Source of the DNA: Candidatus Hadarchaeota archaeon
GTDB taxonomy: Archaea; Hadarchaeota; Hadarchaeia; Hadarchaeales; Hadarchaeaceae
Direction of reading: 5' to 3'
DNA length: 32,000 bases
Assembly (NCBI GenBank): GCA_964514965.1
Contig: CAZETV010000001.1
Location: 783,063 to 815,062, forward strand
This document shows, one piece after another, positions 26,901 through 32,000 of this stretch. The notes beneath the pieces are model-generated. The model had not been told where the DNA came from, did no database searches, and saw only the letters and a list, made by a program, of their open reading frames with translations. Every line of letters begins with the position of its first letter. Positions within the stretch are counted from its first letter, which is position 1. The position numbers and the translations under genes were made by a program.

Positions 26901-27355
26901 TCGACACAAAGGATATCGCGGCCGGTCCTCGCGCGAGCCGCTACAAGACGCTTGAAACTATGGAGGAAAAGACCTCGGCGCAGCTCGGGCTGGCTAGAAA
27001 AATTATGGCGGTGGACGAACGGGATGTCGCCGAGCGGCTGATCGAGCACCACTTCATTCCTGACCTGAAGGGGAACATGCGGGCGTTCGCGAGCCAGCAG
27101 TTCAGGTGCACGAGTTGCAACTCCAAATATCGCCGCGTCCCGCTTAGCGGCCAATGTGCACGATGCGGTGGGAAGCTCATCCTCACCGTCACGCGCGGCG
27201 GAGTCGAGAAGTACTTGCAGGTGGCGATGCAGATAGCGAACGATTACGAGGCGAGCGATTACACAAAGCAGCGCCTAAGGTTGACGCAGCGGGATATAAA
27301 AGCGGTATTCGAGAGCGATGCGCATAGGCAAATGAGTCTTGCTGATTTTCTATAA
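23924..27355 (+). CDS. dp2: DNA polymerase D large subunit (DP2)
   Basis: 1143 aa, colinear with DP2 as I recall it. It has multiple Cys clusters and a C-terminal PIP-like 'QMSLADFL'. No intein. Confidence 0.95.
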   Translation: MIVANQEMKGYFEKLERQISEIYEIAKKARSLGHDPELEPEIPQAEDLAARVEKLVGPPGVAEVIRGLEKEMPREELSLKIAEMIVDGHFGRFQEQQAAEQAVRAALAIITEGIAAAAPLEGITHVEIRKNFDGSRYLALYFAGPIRSAGGTAAALAVLTGDFVRRKLYLDPYKPTDNEIERFVEEVDLYATDVAHLQYTPPSADDIRAAVRNISVEITGEPTERDVSVTAYRNLERIGHNLVRGGAILALVEGVLQKAPKIMKHVSKLNIDGWEWLSESIAKSQAKEEEASTYPKGDKYLDEIIAGRPVFSYPSREGGFRLRYGHARNTGIAAVGIHPAAMTVCDDFIAVGTQLKMERPGKGGAVVPVDSIEGPVVKIDDGSVIQVNSVEQALELNNRVSEILSLGDILIGFGEFLENNHPLMPAGWSEDWWAREVEKELVGKKLDMELSPYLSPPYLKPSPSLAVELSEEIGVPLHPAHTYLFHDIGIEEIRELGSWLAGGDPDFEDGKLKGLSLGLNQTPKRVLDVIGVPHKVKDEHVLIEDCALPLCKCLGLLNGQRLTSERLEKTLRENPAKDVMEIIQILAGFPVRRKAPTRIGCRMGRPEKANPRLMRPPVHVLFPVSLRGGATRSVIKAAERGEIYVDMARLECSKCGTICFTRKCSKCGTIANYTRVCPRCKHSMNEERCFACNVRTEYFDRRKVELGPILNEALQRLQEEAPPEVKGVRGMTSAQKIPEPIEKGILRAKHHVYVFKDGTVRFDATDVPLTHFRPREVGMLVERLRELGYERDYKGEPLERDDQLVELKVQDIVLSNACAEYLLRASNFVDDLLQKFYGLKPYYNASRPSDLAGHLVIGLAPHTSVGIVGRIIGFTDANVGYAHPFFHAAKRRDCDGDEDAVILLLDGLINFSKRFLPSKRGGMMDAPLILNTRINPREIDKEAYNMDVMERYPLEFYEATLRYASPSELTQTIETVERRLGSEEQYCGLKFSFDTKDIAAGPRASRYKTLETMEEKTSAQLGLARKIMAVDERDVAERLIEHHFIPDLKGNMRAFASQQFRCTSCNSKYRRVPLSGQCARCGGKLILTVTRGGVEKYLQVAMQIANDYEASDYTKQRLRLTQRDIKAVFESDAHRQMSLADFL

Positions 27356-27375
27356 CTAGCCGGTGAGGGAGTCAT

Positions 27376-29037
27376 TTGGAGCTTAATCTTTATGATCGGG
27401 AGGGCCAGTGCGAGCCGCTGTGTTACTCTTCTGGAAAAACGCAAATCAACTTGGTGGAGGAAATATTGGAAGCCTTCCGCGGAAACGAAATAGTCTTCCT
27501 CAGGGGGACTGTTGGGAGTGGGAAATCCGTTGTCGGGCTCAGAACCATCCTCGAGTTCGGAAGGGGGATTGTATCGGTCCCCACGAAGGTTCTATCGGAT
27601 CAATATGCCGCCAGCTACGAGAGGGACAAGTACTTCACGAAAGATGACGGGTCAAAAGCCACGATAGGGATACTGAAAGGTCGAAGGAACTTCCCTTGCA
27701 TTTACCAATCGGATAAAAGAAGAGAAATTACTTGCGACAATAGCAAACTTCCCTGCAAGAGGCCTGTCGACTGGGAAAATGGGGAGAAAAGAATTGACGC
27801 CCTGCGGGAGTGCCCCTACTGGGGATTCATTTTCTCGAGCGGTTTGGCGGAGTCGATAAAGAATGTGGAGAAGGTGCCCTATCAGGGAATAACGGGGAAG
27901 TGGACTTGGTGTATGAGAGGGGAATGTCCCTACTGGAAGCAGTTTCAGGCCTACGTGTTTTCTGACGCCATTGTGATGAACTCCGCGAAGTGGGCCTCGG
28001 AGGTTAGCATAGGGAGGCTGCCAGAGGCGCCTATCACGGTCATCGACGAGGCGGATGAGTGGTTGGACTCACTCGCGGTAAAAGTTTCGTTAACTTCGAA
28101 GACGATCGGAGGCGTGCGAGAAAGGATAAGGCGAAATATCATGCTAGGCAACGATGACGGGGAAAATGAGCTGCAAGATAGACTGGAAGAACTTCGAGGT
28201 CTGTGGTCAGAAACCCTTGATGGAAAGGGAGACCCTCTGAAACTGGTTGAGTTTTTGACCGCTCTGTTTGATGAAATTGACGAGACTTCTGGGAGGTTGT
28301 ACTGGAGAATGAAGTCGGTTTTGGAGCACAGGGATTACGCGGAGTGGGAGATTGGAGAAAAGGGGATTGTCTACTTCGTCCCAGACCCTAAAATTGTTTT
28401 TCAGAAAATTCTCGATAAGGTAGGCGGCAAGTGGCTCCTGATGTCAGCGACCGCTCAGAATGAAAATGTTTTAAACGATGTGTTTGGGATAACGCCAACT
28501 TTTGTTGAGGGTGAAACCAAATTCCCAGGGAAACTTGTCCAGAGGAAGCTCGGCTCGGAAGAAGTCATCAATTATCGAAAATGGATGAATGATGGTTTCA
28601 AACAGAGATACTGGGATACCCTGCGCGAAATCATGCAGGAGGCTAAGCGCCCGGGTTTCGTGCCCGTCCATGCCCACAAGTACCTTCCCCCGAGCTTGAG
28701 GAAAAAAGTGCTGGAAAGTGGCGATGTCTGTTATTACAAAGAGGTCATGCTCAGCACCAAGATGGACAGAGGCGCTGACCTCAAGGGCATGAAGAGCGTC
28801 ATCATTTTGAAATTTCCGTATCCTGATCGTGGAGACCCGTTATTGAAAGGGATGCAGCGTCGCCTCGGTGCGGAACCCTTCCGGGGGTACTACAAGGACA
28901 TGGCCGAGAGGGAATTCGTCCAGCAAATTGGGAGGACGTTACGCTCGGATGACGATGTGGTCGAGTTCTGGAGCACAGATAACATGTGCCATGCACAGCT
29001 GAGATGGTTGTGGAAAGGTTCTATAGTTGTGGAATGA
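27376..29037 (+). CDS. XPD/Rad3/DinG-family SF2 helicase-like protein with a Cys cluster
   Basis: Walker A 'GTVGSGKSV', 'VIDEADEW', 'LLMSATAQ', 'RGADLKGMKSVIILKFPYPD' and 'QQIGRTLRSDDD'. Six Cys lie between motifs I and II, including two 'ECPYW' motifs. Confidence 0.65.
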   Translation: MELNLYDREGQCEPLCYSSGKTQINLVEEILEAFRGNEIVFLRGTVGSGKSVVGLRTILEFGRGIVSVPTKVLSDQYAASYERDKYFTKDDGSKATIGILKGRRNFPCIYQSDKRREITCDNSKLPCKRPVDWENGEKRIDALRECPYWGFIFSSGLAESIKNVEKVPYQGITGKWTWCMRGECPYWKQFQAYVFSDAIVMNSAKWASEVSIGRLPEAPITVIDEADEWLDSLAVKVSLTSKTIGGVRERIRRNIMLGNDDGENELQDRLEELRGLWSETLDGKGDPLKLVEFLTALFDEIDETSGRLYWRMKSVLEHRDYAEWEIGEKGIVYFVPDPKIVFQKILDKVGGKWLLMSATAQNENVLNDVFGITPTFVEGETKFPGKLVQRKLGSEEVINYRKWMNDGFKQRYWDTLREIMQEAKRPGFVPVHAHKYLPPSLRKKVLESGDVCYYKEVMLSTKMDRGADLKGMKSVIILKFPYPDRGDPLLKGMQRRLGAEPFRGYYKDMAEREFVQQIGRTLRSDDDVVEFWSTDNMCHAQLRWLWKGSIVVE

Positions 29038-29043
29038 AAGAGC

Positions 29044-29088
29044 GGTGGGTAGATTTGAACGTGGTCTATCTACCACCTATTGATTTTT
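29044..29088 (+). terminator. possible terminator: hairpin plus T-run after the helicase gene
   Basis: GGTGGGTAGAT (29044-29054) pairs with ATCTACCACC (29068-29077), followed by TTTTT at 29084-29088. Confidence 0.3.
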
Positions 29089-29113
29089 ACCACGAGGAAC
29101 AAAAACTTGGTTG

Positions 29114-29202
29114 GGCCGGGGTGGCAGAGTTAGGCTAATGCGGCAGCCTCGAGAGCTGTTGACCCTTTGGGTCGTCAGGGTTCAAATCCCTGCCCCGGCG
29201 CC
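29114..29202 (+). tRNA. tRNA-Ser (anticodon CGA), class II with a long variable arm, CCA encoded
   Basis: Hand-folded. Acceptor GCCGGGG/CCCCGGC, 3-bp D stem, anticodon stem GCAGC/GCTGT, loop CTCGAGA. Variable arm GACCC-TTT-GGGTC. T arm CAGGG-TTCAAAT-CCCTG. Confidence 0.9.
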
Positions 29203-29242
29203 ATCAGGACTTTTAACGATATTACCGTACAATATCTAGTGG

Positions 29243-29318
29243 GCCGCCGTGGCTCAGTTGGTAGAGCGATCGCCTCGTAAGCGATAGGTCGTGGGTTCAA
29301 TCCCCGCCGGCGGCTCCA
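29243..29318 (+). tRNA. tRNA-Thr (anticodon CGU), CCA encoded
   Basis: Hand-folded. Acceptor GCCGCCG/CGGCGGC, D arm GCTC-AGTTGGTA-GAGC, anticodon stem ATCGC/GCGAT, loop CTCGTAA. T arm GTGGG-TTCAATC-CCCGC. Confidence 0.9.
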
Positions 29319-29334
29319 CTTTAAGTGCGCTTAG

Positions 29335-30150
29335 TCATCTCGGGAATGCGGGTTCACACCTCACCCCAAGTTCTCTGCATACCGATTCAACGTTCGAGCT
29401 TATCAGACGCCAATTTTCTGAATCTCGGGAGAGGACAAGGTATCTTTTTGCCAGACCCGGACGCTTTTTTTCAAGCACTGGCGTAAGCCTATCGAGCACC
29501 CATCGCCTCAAGTTGAGCCGGTCGTAGATGAGCCTGCTGTTCGTCCGTTTGGCAACTTCGACTACCCGTCTGATGTGTTCCTCGCTATCGTTGACCTCCG
29601 AGATAATCGGCCCTAAAAAAATCCAAGTTGCAACGCCGCGAGTCGAGAACTCTTCGAGCACTTGTGCACGTGCGTCTGGTGGTGAAGCATGAGGTTCAAG
29701 CTCTCTTGCCAGTTCGGTATCCATTGTCGTTATCGTTGCCCCTACTTCAAAACCTCTGGGCTTGATCACATCCTCGTCACGCAAAACCAAGTTTGATTTT
29801 GTCTGGATGCATACATCGAAACCTCCATGTGAAAGTAGTTCGATGCATTTGCGGGTGAGTTCGAGTTTGGCTTCCAGTGGCTGGTAAGGGTCGCATATCG
29901 TGCTGACTCCAACCGTGCCGCGTGGTTTTTTCCGCAGCTCTTTCGCCAGCACCTCGACGATATTTTGTTTTGCCCGCGCGAACTTCCCCCAGTTCATCGC
30001 AATCCATTCGTCGCGAAGGGTTGAGGGCGAGTAACAATAGATGCAGCCGTGCTCGCAACCCAAGTACGGGTTCAACGAGTACTTTAGCCCAGGCAGCTTG
30101 CTGGGGGAAAGAGCGGTCTTACATTCTATTGACGAATATTCAACGCTCAT
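29335..30150 (-). CDS. radical SAM protein, SplB/COG1533-like (paralogue 2), downstream partner of nre
   Basis: 'CEHGCIYC' (CX3CX2C), 'DPYQPLEAKLELTRKCIELL' and 'ITTMDTELARELEPHASPPDAR'. 4-nt overlap with the nre stop. Confidence 0.8.
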   Translation of the reverse strand: MSVEYSSIECKTALSPSKLPGLKYSLNPYLGCEHGCIYCYSPSTLRDEWIAMNWGKFARAKQNIVEVLAKELRKKPRGTVGVSTICDPYQPLEAKLELTRKCIELLSHGGFDVCIQTKSNLVLRDEDVIKPRGFEVGATITTMDTELARELEPHASPPDARAQVLEEFSTRGVATWIFLGPIISEVNDSEEHIRRVVEVAKRTNSRLIYDRLNLRRWVLDRLTPVLEKKRPGLAKRYLVLSRDSENWRLISSNVESVCRELGVRCEPAFPR

Positions 30151-31475
30151 GCGGCAAACTCCGTGATCTTTTTCTGGAACAGTGCACGTTTCAACATTTC
30201 ACTGTTTTCAATCCACTTGCGTAGTGGAATAGTAAGTTTCGTCTGTACATGATTAAGTGCTGCTTGAAGGGTGTCGAACTTCTGTGGCTCGCTCTGCATC
30301 GTTTGTCTGACGGACTCGCGCACATTCCAGACGCCAACAGGTAGGATGTAGCCGGGATGAATTTCTCGAAGCACTAGCGCCGAGGCCTGCCTCCGCTCTT
30401 GATTCAACCTCTCGGCAACCGCCAGCCTGCAAGCGTAGTAACACCCACCAACATCGGGGTAAGTTGTCCGGCCTCGGTAGGGCTCGAAGTCCCCCATTAT
30501 CGCTGGGGCGGCGGCACTTTTGTCGGGATTCCAAGTTGTGCCCGGGAACCAAGCCTCGATCCACTCGAAGCTCCAGCTTTCAGGCATCAGGATTGCGACG
30601 AACAGGTTGTCAAGGTGTTTGAAAAAGTAGACACGATACTCGTCGATCGTGTTGTGTTGCTTTATTCGATTGATGAGCTCGAGGGATAGTATCGAGTCGA
30701 CCGCTGTGATGCTCCAGCGGGTCGGGATGAGCTTCCTACGCTTTTGGAAGCCGAACATGCCCAAGCTGAAAGCCCGTTGGATGCGCGTGACCAAAACATC
30801 ATCTTCGTAGAGCCCAACAACCGCATCAGCCGCCTTAAAGTCCCGGTCGTAGAATGCGCGTTCTATTCTGTGGTCAACACTCACGTCTGAAGTTTTGAAT
30901 GATCGCAGCGGCGCGGAGGGACCGAATGGCTGGGACTCCCCGCTCAGGGTTATCACCTTGTTAGGAACTCTCGTGAGCATAGCTTCAGCATCGACGGGCC
31001 GCTTCCCCATAGCCAGCTCCTGAAGCGTGTCGAGTAGCCTCCCGCCGAATTGGGCGTTGTACACGCTTGCCCGCACCTTCCCACGGATTAGAGCGAAGCG
31101 ATAATCGATTATGTCTTGGATACTTTTTCCAACCCACAGCTCAGGAGTGTCGAGGATTTCGGTGTCGCCTTGGTAGGGAGGTACCATGGGGCCGATGTAA
31201 ACTTTGGGATAGCCTATGCGCCCGACGAATACTCCTGGGGGCGTCGAGCCCTGGATGTGCGGGGAGGGGATTTTCAGGCTCGATTTGGCGAGCGATTGCG
31301 CTTTGGCCACGATCGGGCATCTCAGCTTGCCACAGAGCATCCGCCCGCCCTTGCACAGCAGGCAAAGGGAGCTTGAGGGGGCTCGGGCAACTTTGATGTC
31401 TCTGAATGCCGCGAGTTCGCCAACTTGTTTGGTCGCGATGATGTCTCGAAGCCATTTAATATTAGTTGGTGGCAT
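30147..31475 (-). CDS. nreA: Nre-family protein (archaeal NreA-like DNA repair factor)
   Basis: N-terminal 'CLLCKGGRMLCGKLRCP' Cys cluster. About 440 aa, with overall Nre_N/Nre_C-like organisation from memory. C-terminal PIP-like 'QKKITEFAA'. Confidence 0.7.
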   Translation of the reverse strand: MPPTNIKWLRDIIATKQVGELAAFRDIKVARAPSSSLCLLCKGGRMLCGKLRCPIVAKAQSLAKSSLKIPSPHIQGSTPPGVFVGRIGYPKVYIGPMVPPYQGDTEILDTPELWVGKSIQDIIDYRFALIRGKVRASVYNAQFGGRLLDTLQELAMGKRPVDAEAMLTRVPNKVITLSGESQPFGPSAPLRSFKTSDVSVDHRIERAFYDRDFKAADAVVGLYEDDVLVTRIQRAFSLGMFGFQKRRKLIPTRWSITAVDSILSLELINRIKQHNTIDEYRVYFFKHLDNLFVAILMPESWSFEWIEAWFPGTTWNPDKSAAAPAIMGDFEPYRGRTTYPDVGGCYYACRLAVAERLNQERRQASALVLREIHPGYILPVGVWNVRESVRQTMQSEPQKFDTLQAALNHVQTKLTIPLRKWIENSEMLKRALFQKKITEFAA

Positions 31476-31524
31476 ACAATACCCATTATACTCGGCGTAT
31501 TGGCCAATAAATGGTGGAAGTTAT

Positions 31525-32000
31525 TTGAGATTTTATGATTTTGAATCGGCGCGGGTCAAGCGATTTCTAAGGCAACACAAGGCGAGGCGAGCAGCGATTC
31601 AGCTCCCTGCAGGTTTGAAGGAACACATACAAGAAATCGTGGAACCTTTCGCTGAGATGGGTGTCCAGACACTCGTGTTGGCGGACAGTTGTTATGGCGC
31701 CTGCGATTTGGCCGATGTAAAGGCAAAGCAGCTTGGGTGTGATGTGCTGGTTCACTATGGACATGCAGACATGGGACTGCCCGCCTGTTTGCCAGCGCTC
31801 TACATCGAGGCACGAATGCCGGCTGACCCGCTCGGGGTGGTTGAGCGAGCGCTGTCCGAGTTGAAGTTCAAGCGCGTGGGGCTGCTCACTACAGTTCAAC
31901 ACATTGCCCGCCTGCTGGATGTAGCGAAACTCCTCAGCTCAAGCGGGATAAAACCGTTTATCGGCAGACCTGGAACGAGGGCGAAGTATCCCGGACAACT
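31525..32000 (+). CDS. dph2: diphthamide synthase Dph2 (5' part; continues beyond the window)
   Basis: Not in the ORF track (no stop in the window). Manual translation: (L)RFYDFESARVKRFLRQHKARRAAIQLPAGLKEHIQEIVEPFAEMGVQTLVLADSCYGACDLADVKAKQLGCDVLVHYGHADM..., the classic Dph2 N-terminus. The TTG start at 31525 is tentative. Confidence 0.75.
   Translation, partial: MRFYDFESARVKRFLRQHKARRAAIQLPAGLKEHIQEIVEPFAEMGVQTLVLADSCYGACDLADVKAKQLGCDVLVHYGHADMGLPACLPALYIEARMPADPLGVVERALSELKFKRVGLLTTVQHIARLLDVAKLLSSSGIKPFIGRPGTRAKYPGQ

Noticed and set aside
29114-29318. tRNA-Ser/tRNA-Thr pair as an integration site of a mobile element
   Set aside because: I found no integrase or recombinase gene and no duplicated tRNA 3' segment nearby. 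The flanking genes are ordinary chromosomal replication and repair genes.
31556-31902. Minus-strand ORFs of 85 and 111 aa
   Set aside because: They are antisense to a clear Dph2 N-terminal coding sequence that is missing from the track only because it has no stop inside the window.
1-32000. CRISPR arrays, transposases/IS elements and inteins in mcm/dp2/cdc6
   Set aside because: I saw no regularly spaced repeat array. No ORF shows transposase or integrase motifs. The MCM (668 aa), DP2 (1143 aa) and Cdc6 (426 aa) lengths and colinearity leave no room for inteins.

Overview
This is an archaeal chromosomal segment. Evidence: PolD, MCM, Orc1/Cdc6, a GINS-like gene, PurP, Dph2, archaeal-type TyrRS and Ogg, frequent GTG/TTG starts, 4-8 nt gene overlaps, and tRNAs with encoded CCA. 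I cannot place the lineage more precisely from sequence alone.

Layout:
- 1-7.8 kb: housekeeping genes. UPF0210 plus ACT pair, purC-like and purP-like, a membrane ORF split by an in-frame TAA, macro-domain protein, MinD-like ATPase, tyrS.
- 7.8-9.5 kb: the least explainable part. An AT-rich intergenic region carries an ORB-like (origin recognition box) site. A 187-aa orphan gene is bracketed by perfect 19-bp direct repeats. A 271-aa protein looks like a primase small subunit (PriS/AEP fold) with its catalytic residues substituted.
- 9.6-17.3 kb: CBS protein, Cys-rich mini-proteins, ogg, an SplB-like radical SAM gene, a roughly 290-nt ORF-free GC-rich stretch that looks like a structured ncRNA gene, an sHsp-like gene, then ACT-hom-thrC-glyA.
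- 17.3-29 kb: a 468-bp AT-rich intergenic region with an ORB-like site and a palindromic element also found upstream of the PriS-like gene. It is followed by a co-directional replication cluster: mcm, gins-like, cdc6, PolD-DP1, HAD phosphatase, PolD-DP2, XPD-like helicase.
- 29-32 kb: tRNA-Ser(CGA), tRNA-Thr(CGU), a minus-strand nre plus radical SAM operon (second SplB-like paralogue), and the 5' part of dph2.

I saw no CRISPR array, transposase, integrase or intein. All family assignments rest on motif recognition by eye and memory, not on searches.
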